This document shows, in pieces, positions 13,715 to 25,663 of a DNA stretch of 64,000 nt. The first letter of the stretch is position 1. Every line of letters starts with the position of its first letter. Source of the DNA: Octopus sinensis (Eukaryota); assembly GCF_006345805.1 (NCBI RefSeq), contig NW_021832391.1, positions 1,198 to 65,197 of the forward strand. The letters are read 5' to 3'. Made by a program: the position numbers and the translations under genes. The notes under the pieces are model-generated. The model ran no database searches, was not told the DNA's origin, and saw only the letters and a program-made list of their open reading frames with translations.

Positions 13715-14845
13715 GTCTCAACCACATCTCAAATGTAGCAAAACTTCCCGCCTAAAAACAACACTGAGGGAGATCGAAAAAAGTCTGCAACAATCCTATG
13801 TGAAGGAGAAAGCAGACAAAGAAGCCTAGGTTATAAAAAACATTAAATCAAACCCAAAGGCCTTCTTTCATTACGTGAAAGAAGAGTCTCAGTGCACTAC
13901 AAGATAGAACCCCTCCTCCAAAAGGATGGCTCCCTCACAGACAGTCCAACTAAGATCAGTGAGATACCGAATGACCAGTTCAAAAGTGTCTTTACCACCC
14001 CGTTGGAACACAGGCAAGTGAACGAACCAGTGGACTTCTTTGCTGCCTCACCTATAACCAGCGAGGCGGTTACAATAGAATGTATTGACATTAGGGAAAA
14101 AGATGTCCTACTAGCCATAGATGAAGTGGATACAAACTCAACTGCTGGTCCTAATGGTTTCCCAGCCATCCTCCGCAAAGTGTGTAAGCATGCCCTGGCA
14201 AAACCCCTCAAGATTCTATTCCAGAGCTTTCTTACAAATGGCAAACTGCCAAGCAAGCTGAAGGAGGGAATAATATGCCCAATACATAAAGGGGGAAGTA
14301 GATCAGATGCCAAAAACTATGGGCCTATCTCTCTGACTTCACACATCAGCAAAGTCATGGAACGTATAGTCAGTAAGAAACTAATCACATTCCTTGAGGA
14401 AAATAACTTGCTGAGTAATACCCAGCATGGTTTCCGACCAGTAGGAGCTGCCTGACCCAGCTCTTACAACATTATGACTGGGTGTTGAGGCAGTTACTCA
14501 ACAAATCAAATGTGGATGTAATATACCTTGATTTTGCAAAAGCTTTTGACAAGGTGGATCATGGTATGATATGCCACAAACTGCATGACCTTGGCATAGC
14601 TGGAAAACTTGGAGTGTGGTTACATGACCTCCTGAAAGATAGGAGTCAGGCAGTAGTGGTTAATGGAGCCACCTCTATGAACACACAAATAGTGAGCGGT
14701 GTTCCACAGGGCACTGTCTTGGGCTCACTGCTTTTTATAGTGGCCCTTTCAGATATGCCCTCGAATGCCCGGATAGCCACTCTGGCAAGCTATGCAGACG
14801 ATACGAAGTCTCGCAGAAAAATACAAAACCCCAGCGATGTTTGCA
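13715..14845 (+). mobile_element. CR1-group LINE RT fragment
   Basis: ORFs 13892-14455 and 14482-14880: YGPISLTS, QHGFR, YLDFAKAFDKVDH, GVPQGTVLG, YADD. Confidence 0.9.
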
Positions 14846-14882
14846 CACATATATATATATATATAATAATATATAAATAAAA

Positions 14883-14914
<32 letters not shown>

Positions 14915-14944
14915 ATCAAAATAAAACATGATGCAAAGGATTTA

Positions 14945-15031
14945 GCGGTACATATGTTTCGGGCCTTTATTAGACGCTTTATAACAATGCATAATTGATG
15001 TAAATGTGTGACTATAGCCTTCTTCAGCCGC
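14945..15031 (-). ncRNA. Candidate type I hammerhead ribozyme (PLE-type) with long helix II insert
   Basis: GCGG-CTGAAGA-AGGC...GCCC-GAAAC-ATAT-GTA-CCGC; helix I GCGG/CCGC, palindromic helix III. Confidence 0.6.
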
Positions 15032-15148
15032 GTACAATTACTACTTCAAGGACATGTATTACGTTATAAGTTTTACGTTGGGGATGCGAACCCTCATAGT
15101 CACGTACAACTATATATATATATATGGTGATATATATATCTATATATA

Positions 15149-15183
<35 letters not shown>

Positions 15184-15227
15184 GTGTTGTGTGTGTATAT
15201 ATATATTATATATATGTATATATATAA

Positions 15228-15264
<37 letters not shown>

Positions 15265-15334
15265 ATATATATATATATGTGTGTGTGTGTTTTGTGTATA
15301 TATATATAATAATATATATAAATGTATATATAGA

Positions 15335-18300
15335 GAAATGGAGTAGGTAAGGTAATTGAGGTAGTCAGAGTAAGTGACAGAGTAATTAAAATTAGATTAG
15401 TCCTTCAACACAGGACAGCTACCATCATCTCGGCATATGCCCCTTAAACAGGGCTACCGGAAGGACAAAAAGACCAATTCTATGACACCCTATTGCGAAC
15501 TACCTCGTTGACAAATGACAGTGACCTTCTCTTCGTGGCAGGTGATTTCAATGGACATGTCGGACGGCATGTCGGGGGCTTCCATGGCGTCCATGGAGGC
15601 TACGGTTTTCGGCTCTCGTAATGAGGAGGGAACCAGGCTGCTGGAGTTCTGCGATGCAAATGACCTTATGTCTGGGCAATACCAACTTCAGGAACTCTCC
15701 TCTCACCTAGTCACCTACCGTTCTGGCAGACACACCAGCCAGATTGACTACCTCCTTGCCAGAAAAAGGGAAAGAGGGCTGATTATAAATGCCAAACCTT
15801 TCCAGGCGAAGAATGCACTCCTCAACATAGATTAGTAGTTAGCGACTTCAGGATCAGAGCTAAATGGTTGCCCAGAAGAACCCTGCTGGAGGAGAAGGGT
15901 CTTGAAGCTTAAGATCCTGCAAATGGACAAGATTTAGAGACATACTACTCGAAGCCTTTGACGAAATAGAAGGGGATTAGCTTCACTTAATGTGGAAGAC
16001 AACTGGAGATTTCTACGGGACAATCTGCTGACAGCCACTGACCAGATCTGTGGATGGAGCAAAGTACCATCTCAACCCAGAGTAACATGGTGGTGGAACA
16101 CTGTGGTTGACAGGGCTATTAGACAAAAGAGACAGGCTTGGAAGGACTGGAAGACGGTGGTAGCAGGGAATTGTATCAGACAGCCAGAAGGGAAGCTAGG
16201 AGACAGTTTATTTAGCCAGAGGGGAAGCGATAAGAAAAAATTTGCCATGTTCTGCGCCCGGAGGATGAAAGACTTGAGGTATTTCGTGTTGCAAGACAGT
16301 GTGTGAGAGAGAATCATGATGTGGTAGGAGAGAGTGTGTTCGCATGGATGATGGTTCACTTGCGGTAAATGAGGAGGCAAAGAGAGAGGTTTGGATATAC
16401 CACTATGAAGGTTGCTGAATAAAGAAAATGAATGGGATAAAGGAGTCTGCCGAATGTTGACCCAACAGAGGGACCAGCTATCCGAGTTGATAGTTCCATG
16501 GTAGCTAAGGCAATTAGAAGCATGAAGACAGGGAAAGCCCCAGGCCCATCAGGAATTACTGCAGAGATGCCCAAAATATCTGGCAGTGTCGGCTATAACC
16601 TAGTCACCCGTATAGTCAACCAGGTGATACACGAAGGAGTCATACCCAATGACTGGTGTAGCAGCATACTAGTCAGTCAACTGCACAAAGGTAAGGTGAT
16701 GCCCTAGATACAAATAATTACAGAGGTATCAGCTGTTGGATCAGGTAATGAATGTTACGGAGAGGGTCATAGCCCAACTAATTAGAGAGAGAGTAGTTTA
16801 GATGAGATGCAGTTTGGGTTTGTGCCAGGGAAAAGCACCACTGATGCTATATTCCTGGTAAGGCAGCTGCAAGAGAAATACCTAGCCAAAGATAAGCCCC
16901 TGTACCTGGCTTTCGTTGACATGGAGAAAGCCTTTGATAGGGTCCCCCGATCCCTCATCTGGTGGTCAATGAGGAAACTAGGGATAGATGAATGGCTGGT
17001 GAGGGCTGTGCAAGCCATGTACAGAGATGCCGTAAGCAAGGTTAGGGTTGGCAACATGTACACAGAAGAATTCAAAGTAGAGGTTGGGGTCCACCAGGGT
17101 TCAGTATTCAGCCCCCTCCTATTTATCATAGTCCTCCAGGCAATAACAGAGGAATTCAAGACAGGTTGCCCCTGGGAGCTCCTCTATGCTGACGACCTCG
17201 CTCTAATTGCTGAGTCACTATCAGAACTGGAGGAGAAGTTCCAGGTGTGGAAGGAGGGTTTAGAATCGAGGGGCCTTATAGTCAACCTAGCTAAAACCAA
17301 AGTACTAATAAGTAGAAAGGTAGGCAATCACAAATGTCCTCAGGAGATGGCCCTGCTCGATCTGTAGAAAAGGTGTAGGTAGAAACTCTATAAGATGTAC
17401 CCAGTGTAAGCTATGGACACATAAGAGGTGCAGCAATGTCAAAGGTAGGTAACTGGGAAGATAGTTTTTATATGTGGCAGATGCTCGGGAGCATTGACCT
17501 CCGAAAATCTGCAGAAAACAACTTCCGTCACTTTCCAGGGGGAAAAATTAGAAGTAGTTGATAGCTTCCGTTATCTAGGTGACCAAGTCAGTAGTGGGGT
17601 GGGTGCGCTGAGAGTGTAACTGCTAGAATAAATAGCCTGGGCAAAGTTTAGGGAGCTCTTACCCTGCTGGTGACTAAAGGCCTCTCGCTCAGAGTAAAGG
17701 ACAGACTGGATGATGCATGTGTTCGAACTGCCATGCTACATGGCAGTGAAACATGGGCCGTGACTGCTGAGGACATGCGTAAGCTCATGAGGAATGAAGC
17801 CAGTATGCTCCCGATGGATGTGTAATGTCAGTGTACTTACTCGACAGAGCGTTAGTTCCCTGAGAGAAATGTTGTACCTAAGAAGCATCAGTTGTGGTTT
17901 GCAAGAGAGACGATTGCGCTGGTATGGTCATGTGGCGAGAATGGATGAAGATAGGTGTGTGAGAAAGTGCCAATCCCTAGCAGTTGAGGGAACCCGTGGA
18001 AGAGGTAGACCCAGGAAAACCTGGGACGAGGTGGTGAAGCACGACCTTTGAACGTTAGGTCTCACCATGGAAATGACTAGAGACCGAGACCTATGGAAGT
18101 ATGCTGTGCGTGAGAAGACCCGGCAAGACAAGTGAAGCCATAACCCGTGGCCCCTACCTGGGACGTAGTCAGTCCACCTGTGCATACCTTCCTGCTTGTG
18201 ACACTTGTGAAGACCTGTTGAAGCAAGTCAAATCAATCAAAGTCAAATCGAAGTCAAACCAAATCAAAATAGATGAACATCAATGGAATTTGTATCCTTG

Positions 18301-18705
18301 TGGTACCAGTGCCGGTGGCACATAAGAAAACCATCCGAAAGGGACGTAGCCAGTACCGCATCGACTGGCCTCCGGCGCTGGCACGTAACAAACACCATCC
18401 GATCGTAGCCGTTCGCCAGCCTCGTCTGGCACCTGTGTCGGTGGCACATAAGAAAAACACCGAAAACACCATATCCGAGCGTGGCCGTCTGCCAGCCTCG
18501 TCTGGCACCTGTGTCGGTGGCACATAAAATCACCCACTACACTCTCGGAGTGGTTGGCGTTAGGAAGGGCATCCAGCTGTAGAAACACTGCCAGATCTGA
18601 CTGGCCTGGTGTAGCCTTCGGGCTTGCCAGACCCCAGTTGAACCGTCCAACCCATGCTAGCATGGAAAGCGGACGTTAAACGATGATGATGATGATGATG
18701 ATATA
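15335..18705 (+). mobile_element. RTE-clade LINE, 5'-truncated, frameshifted
   Basis: EN DQFYDTLL...AGDFNGHVG; RT QFGFVPGKSTTDAIF, VDMEKAFD, VHQGS, YADD (ORF 16807-17367); RGRGRPRKTW C-terminus; 3' UTR ends in (GAT)n. Confidence 0.93.
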
Positions 18706-18719
18706 CCTATGTGCGTGTG

Positions 18720-19055
18720 TGTGTAAGTGTGAGTGGATTTGGTACACGGCAACCGAATGAAACCGTCGTATATGTGAATATATATATATATATATATGTA
18801 TGTATATACACATGTACATGTATATTCATGTATGTATGTGTGTGTGTGTGTTTGTTTCTGTGTCTGTGTTTGTGTCCCCAACATCGCTTTACAACCGACA
18901 CTGGTGTGTTTACGCCCCCGTAACTTAGCGGTTAGGCAAAGGAGAGCGATAGAATAAATACTAGGCTTACAAAGAATAAGTCCTGGGGTCGATTTGCTCG
19001 ACAAATGGCGAAGCACCAGCATGGGCACAATCAAATGACTGAAACAAAAGATTGA
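18720..19055 (+). mobile_element. SINE body + microsatellite + LINE-derived tail
   Basis: GTGAGTGGATTTGGTA...CCGTCGTAT, then TA/TG repeats, then CCCCGTAACTTAGCGGTT...GACTGAAAC. Confidence 0.75.
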
Positions 19056-19164
19056 AAGTGTATTTCACGCTTTAGTATAAATTGTAAGGGAAGTAACTCT
19101 AGAAGATGTTTTTTATTTACTTCCCTTATATACGTAGTTAATAGAATAAAAAATTTTGCTGTTT

Positions 19165-19370
19165 ACTCTTTAGCTCTCTTTTACTATTTTCAGTTATTTG
19201 ACTGCGGCCATGCTGGAGCACCGCCTTCAGTCGAGCAAATTGACCCCAGGACCTATTGTTTATAGTACTTAATCGATCGCTCTCTTTTGCTGAACCCCTC
19301 AGTTACGGAGACGTGAACACAAGCATCGGTTGTGAAGCGATGTTCGAGGGATAAACAGACGTATAAACGT

Positions 19371-19401
<31 letters not shown>

Positions 19402-19620
19402 CCTATGTGTGTGTGTGAGTGGTAAGTAGCATGCTTACAAACCACATGCTTCTGGGTTCAGTCCCACTGCGTTGTACCTTAGGCAAGTGTTACCTTCTAT
19501 ATTCTCAGGCCGACCAAATCCTTATGATTGGATATGGTAGCAGAAGATGAAAAAAGCCCGTCGTATACAATTGTGTATATACATATATATACGATTGTGT
19601 GCCTGTGTTTGTCCCCCCTA
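19165..19620. mobile_element. Minus-strand SINE tail (19165-19360) and plus-strand tRNA/CORE-type SINE (19417-19620)
   Basis: GGCCATGCTGGAGCACCGCC tail motif; B-box-like GGGTTCAGTCCC followed by CORE-like ACCTTAGGCAAGTG. Confidence 0.75.
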
Positions 19621-19649
19621 CCATCAGATAACTACATAAACACCTAACC

Positions 19650-19930
19650 CTCATTCAAGCCAATATCTACTATGAAAAAATCGACAACTGCAGTCAATCG
19701 AAGATAATGACCAAACTGTCTACCCTTATCCACCAATTCCAACAATATTTAACAAAAAAGGAGAGAAATTACTTGAGTAGATTTCTCCGCAAAGCCCGTA
19801 ACTTCTGTAAACCTCCCAAAATCCACAAAAGTTAGGCCATAGACGAAGCCTGTAACAAGTCAACTTCTATAGTCATAAATATTCCACACCCGAGAGATCT
19901 CAGAATGAGACCAATTGTGGCCGGTTCAGG
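19650..19930 (+). pseudogene. Penelope-like RT N-terminal fragment
   Basis: Frame YLTKKERNYL...PKIHKS...DLRMRPIVAG matches the PLE RT motifs PKIHK and RPIV. Confidence 0.7.
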
Positions 19931-20715
19931 TACGTAGATACGGGGGGCATTGGGTGCTTAGCACTCCCAGTTAGAATCTCAGCCCCCTCCACCCCAGTAT
20001 GAGAATTTGTTTTATCCACTTTTGAAATAATACATTGTCGCCATATGAGAAAAATATGAATAATATCTGAAGTAGCTAAAGATGCAATAAATAGAATTTC
20101 TGTTGATTTAGTGATATGAAAATGGGTGTTTGTTGTAGCTGCACACACACAAACAAATAAAAACACCCAGTCGCTCACACACACGCACATACAAACACTG
20201 AAGTGAAAATACTCACACACACACGCAAAAAAACACACACAATCTCATACGCGCACAAATACACACACATCGAAATGAAAACACACAGTTACATACTCAA
20301 ACACACACACGCACACAAGCAACGAACTGGAAACACTCTCTTACACATGTGCGAGCGCAAAGAGACATAGAACTGAAAGCACGCACACGCTCACACACAC
20401 ACACACATATTGGTTGACACTCACACTCATACAATTTCTTCAGAATGTTACGTTTTTAAGGTGAACGTATTTCAAGCATAGATAGCTACGAGTGTGCGTC
20501 TTTGCATGTATCTATGTGTGTGTGTGGGTGTTTGTGCGTGTGTGAGCACAGTCCACCCATACCCAAGGTGATTACATCGTCTCGTGTGACCCAGCCGCGG
20601 AAGTTTTTTTTCTCCCACTGCAGTTCCGGACCTCATTAATGAACTCAATTGCATACAACCAATCAGAGCTCATCTTGAACTTGTTGTCAGGTTAACAAAA
20701 AGGAGTGTCTGTATG

Positions 20716-21040
20716 GGAAGTAGCTTGCTTACCAACTACATGGTTTCGGGTTCAGTCCCACTGCGTGGAACCTTGGGCAAGTGTCTTCTACTATAGCCTC
20801 GGGCCGACCAAAGACTTATGAGTGGATTTCGTAGATGGAAACAGAAAAAAGCCTGTCGTATATATGTAAATATATAGGCGTAAGAGTGGCTGTGTGGTAA
20901 GTAGCTTGCTTACCACATGATTTCTGGTTCAGTCCCACTGCGTGGCACCATGGGCAAGTATCTTGTACTATAGCCTCAGACAGTGCAAAGTTTTGTGAGT
21001 GGATTTGGTACACGGAAACAGAAAGAAGCCCGTCGTATAT
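20716..21040 (+). mobile_element. Tandem pair of tRNA/CORE-type SINEs
   Basis: TGGCTGTGTGG A-box-like, GTTCAGTCCC B-box-like, ACCTTGGGCAAGTGTCTT CORE-like; the same pair recurs at 41250-41575, 45615-45930 and 63110-63455. Confidence 0.8.
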
Positions 21041-21043
21041 ATG

Positions 21044-21094
<51 letters not shown>

Positions 21095-21096
<2 letters not shown>

Positions 21097-21320
21097 GGAG
21101 ATGTACTCGCATAGCAAGTAAGTTGATCTGAGATCGTGTGCTGAAACGAAAACAATTGCAGCGTGGAAGGTGTTTGTAAGCCATTTAAGAAACACACAAA
21201 AGCCGTTCGATTCACTTCAACATTTAAGTTTAATTTGTCAAAATATTTTTTCGTCGCTAAAATCCGCGACCTGTTCACTGACAAAAATCCGTGCTGCATC
21301 TGAGAAAGTAACAGTTAGTT
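21095..21320 (-). mobile_element. Solo PLE terminal repeat with G3:C8 hammerhead variant at 21234-21285
   Basis: Homologous to 31000-31190, the 5' end of the PLE ORF, and to 46811-47015. Confidence 0.75.
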
Positions 21321-21801
21321 CGTCATATATATGTACGTATGTATGTGTGAATGTATGCATACACATATGTATGTATGTATGCATGTACGTACATACGCCT
21401 GTGAATGCATGTATGTATGTATATATGTATGTGTGTGTATATGCACGCACATACACACTATAAACATAAAGCTATAAACCTGTAGTGATGGATAGATGTA
21501 GATTGACCACTCATCACAATAATATCAAATTTCAACTTCCCCCGCCGAAGCCAGGAAGTGATTTACGACCCTCACTCCCAAAACTATACCCTAAAACCTA
21601 TTATCAGATATTTATCTCTATATCACAGAACTTTTGTTTTACTATTGTACGTATGTATGTATGTGCGTATGTATGTATGTATGTATGTGTGTATGTACAT
21701 ACGTACGCATGAGCGTATGTATGTGTACGCGCACGTATGCATGTGCCCATGTATGTGTGTGCGTACATGTACGTGCGTATGTACGTGTGTATGCCCATAC
21801 G

Positions 21802-21904
21802 TAGCGACGAAAATATTTTGACAAATTAAACTTAAATGTTGAAGTGAATCGAACGGCTTTTGTGTGTTTCTTAAATGGCTTACAAACATCTTCCACGCTG
21901 CAAT

Positions 21905-21905
<1 letters not shown>
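21802..21905 (+). mobile_element. Inverted partial copy of the same PLE terminus
   Basis: Reverse complement of 21154-21259; begins mid-hammerhead at TAGCGACGAAAATATTTTGACAAA. Confidence 0.8.
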
Positions 21906-21958
<53 letters not shown>

Positions 21959-22384
21959 TATATATATGTGTATATATATATGTGTATATATATGTGTGTA
22001 TATATATGTGTATATATATACACACACATATATATATATATGTGTGTATATATATATGTGTGTATATATATGTGTGTATATATATATATGTATATATATG
22101 TGTGTATATATATATATGTATATATGTATATATATATATATGTGTGTGTATGTATATATGTATATATATATATATGTGTGTGTGTATATATATATGGCAT
22201 ATATATATATGTGTGTATATATATATATGGCGGTGCCCCAGCATGGCCACAGCTCATAAGCTGAAACTGGAAAAATCAAAAATCAATCATATGTATATAT
22301 ATATATATAGATATATATATATATATTATATAATATATATATGTGTGTGTATATAATATATATGTATATATATATATATGTGTG

Positions 22385-22431
<47 letters not shown>

Positions 22432-22996
22432 ATATATAGGTGTGTATATATATATGTATATATATATATATATGTGTATATATATATGTGTGTATATATG
22501 TGTGTATATATATATGTATATATATATATATAGTGTGTATATATATGTGTTGTATATATATATGTATAATATATATATGTGTATTATATATATATGTGTG
22601 TATATATATATGTATTATATATATATATGTGTGTATATATATATGTTATATATATATATATGTGTGTATATATATATATATATGTGTGTATTATATATAT
22701 GTATATATATATATATATATGTGTGATATATATATGTATATATATATATATATGGTGTATATATATATGTATATATATATATGTGTGTATATATATATGT
22801 ATTATATATATATATGTGTGTATATATATATGTATATATATATATGTGTGTATATATATAGGTATAATATATATGTGTGTATATATTATATGTATATATA
22901 TATATATGGTATATATATATATGTAAATATATATATGTGTGTGTATATATATATGTAAATAAGCTAAACTGGAAAAATCAAAAATCAATCAATATG

Positions 22997-23031
<35 letters not shown>

Positions 23032-23085
23032 CTATATATATATATATGTGTGTGTGTATATATATAATATGTATATATATATATG

Positions 23086-23132
<47 letters not shown>

Positions 23133-23600
23133 GTGGTGTATATATATATGTATATATATATATATATTATATATATATATATGTGTATATATATATTATA
23201 ATATATATATATGTGTATATATATATATGTTGTATATATTATGTATATATATATATATGTGTGTTATATATATGTATAATATATATATATATGTGTGTAT
23301 ATATATATGTATATATATATATATATGTGTTATATATATATATGTATATATATATATATGTGTGTATATATATATGTATATATATATATGTGTGTATATA
23401 TATATGTATATATATATATGTGTGTATATATATATGTATATATATATATATGTGTGTATATATATATGTATATATATATATATGTGTGTATATATATATG
23501 TAAATATATATATATATGTGTGTATATATATGTATATATATATATATATGTGTGTGTATATATATGTATGTATGTGTGAATATATATGTATATATATTTT
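21905..23600. repeat. (TA)n/(TATG)n array containing an orphan LINE tail at 22229-22290 and a partial duplicate near 22963-23000
   Basis: Direct sequence; AAACTGGAAAAATCAAAAATCAATCA occurs twice. Confidence 0.9.
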
Positions 23601-23928
23601 TTTAGAAGCACTCCGTCGGTTACGACGACGAGTGTTCCGGTTGATCCGAGTCAACGGAACAGCCTGCTCGTGAAATTAACGTGTAAGTGGCTGAGCACTC
23701 CACAGACACGTGTACCCTTAACGTAGTTCTCGGGGATATTCAGCGTGACACAGAGAGTGACAAGGCCGGCCCTTTGAAATACAGGTACAATAGAAACAGG
23801 AAGAAAGAGTGAGAGAAAGTTGCGGTGAAAGAGTACAGCAGGGATCACAACGCCTGGTTTGGGAATCGAAACCGCGATCCTATGACCACGAGTCCGCTGC
23901 CCTAACCACTGGGCCATTGCGCCTCCAC
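23600..23928 (-). mobile_element. tRNA-derived SINE (second family)
   Basis: A box TGGCCCAGTGG, B-box variant GGTTTCGATTCCC, tRNA-Arg-like head, two hairpins at the 3' end, then an A-tail. Confidence 0.8.
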
Positions 23929-23974
23929 TATATGTAGACGGCTGGCTGGATGGATTCTTAGAACCTTTAGAACA

Positions 23975-24590
23975 AGAGAACAAGAAACCATGATGGTCCT
24001 CTGGAAGACACTTGTCCTAAGCCACTTTGACTATTGCTCTCAGCTATGGTCACCATCCAGTGTCAAGTTGATCACAGAACTTGAGGCGATCCAACGAAGC
24101 TACACAAAGAAGATAGCCTCTATGCAGAATGTAAGCTACTGGGAAAGACTCAAGAGATTAAAATTATATTCCCTGGAGCGTAGGCGGGAAAGATATGCCA
24201 TAATATACATCTGGAAGATCCTGGAGGGAAGTGTCCTGAACTTTGGCATCGAGAGTTACGCAAATGCCAGAACTGGGCGCCACTGCGTGGTGCCTAGGAC
24301 TCCAAACCTGCCATCAAGATGTAGGACAAGATTCTGTGATAGCCTGGGCTTCCGAGGCCCACAGCTCTTCAATATCCTCCCGAATAACCTGAGAGACCTG
24401 CATGGGGTGGATACAGATGTCTTTAAAATGAAGCTGGATCTCTTCCTGTCAGGTGTCCCAGATGAACCAACTTCACGGCAGGAGGGGCAGATGAGGGCAG
24501 CTGCATCGAACTCTCTCATGCACTAAATAGCAGTTGCTAGAAAGCCTCCATAAAGTGAAACCAAGTAGCAACACCAAATGGCGGTACACT
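23975..24590 (+). mobile_element. CR1-group LINE (second family) ORF2 C-terminus and 3' UTR
   Basis: ORF 23990-24526 HFDYCSQLWSP...LKLYSLERRRERY...GPQLFNILP. Confidence 0.9.
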
Positions 24591-24699
24591 TCATACAAAA
24601 TGTTGGCAACTTCTACGAGTTACTCGAAATACAGAGTACATTCGTGGAAGTCATATCAGGAATGAATATGTTTGTGTGTGTGCGTTCATTGAGACATTG

Positions 24700-25245
24700 G
24701 GTTGTGAGGGTCTGTATCTGCGCTGCTTGCTGCATCATTAATGAACGCAAGTTTGAAATTTCAGAAGAACTGGTTTGCGCAAGTTACTTGTCTGGTACCT
24801 CGGCTATTTTGTCCATTAGCTCCGCCAGTTCCTCAATGGATGTGGATTCTCTAGTGGAAGCGAGGACCACCTGCGTATTGGAGGGCAGACGCTGGAGAAA
24901 AAGCTGCTTGAAAATTCTGTCAGGGAGGCTCTCATCTCCAAGAAGCTACTTCATTCTGCGTAGAAGTTGAGAAGCTGAGAAGGCGTTTTATCACCCAATT
25001 CTTCCGATATCAGAAGCTGGTGAAGTCGTTTCTGTTGGGATTCGGAGGTTCTGTCGATGAGTGTCGTTTTAAAAGTGTTGTACGACACAAAACCAGGCGG
25101 TGCCATAATGAGATCACGGACGACGTTCGTGATTTCTGGTGACAGAGAACCGATTACATGCAATAGTCGAGACGCATTGCTCAGTACTCGGTGAGAAGAG
25201 AACTGGGCCTCTATATGGTAAAACCATAATGCAGGGTCGTGGGTC
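24700..25245 (-). pseudogene. Ty3/Gypsy gag N-terminal fragment
   Basis: FWTHDPALWFYHIEAQF...SLSPEITNVVRDLI...QLLISEELGDKTPSQLL is the typical Gypsy gag pattern. Confidence 0.8.
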
Positions 25246-25663
25246 CAGAAACATTACACAGTGAAATTTCTTGTTATCATATCAAGTATTGGTTTTATTT
25301 CTTTCGTTGGTGTCTCTCTCTAACCTATTCCAGAACTTGTTGCGGTATAGGGACCATATACTGTTTTCGTCATCACTTAGAATGTGTTTGAATCTTGTTT
25401 TTGCTCCTTTGTACACTCTGATTCTGTCATATTGTTTGTATCCGGGGCGTTGCATTTGGAATATGAAGTGCTGGATGTGTTGTTGTTCTTGTGGTTGGCA
25501 TAGTGGAGATACATTCCTCATTACTCTAACGAAGTCTGCCACCAGGATGTTGAGCTTGGTAGTACTCAACATCGTTGAGTCACTATGAATTACCAGTGGA
25601 TTACCCATAGGTTTACATTAGTGTGAGTGGAGTAAACAGGATTTAACAGTTCCGTTAACCATA
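25245..25663 (-). mobile_element. PLE RT thumb/linker fragment, continuation of 28845-31190
   Basis: LLHSH.CKPMGNPLVIHSDS...LVRVMRN...LYRNKFWNRLER...WYDNKKF. Confidence 0.75.

Noticed and set aside
19950-20130. FIASLATSD resembling a GPCR TM2 motif in a duplicated module
   Set aside because: Paralogous copies (42400, 47570, 48170) have stops and shifts in this frame, and no other TM motifs are present
23858-23928. tRNA gene
   Set aside because: A and B boxes are present but there is no complete cloverleaf, and it continues into a SINE body and A-tail
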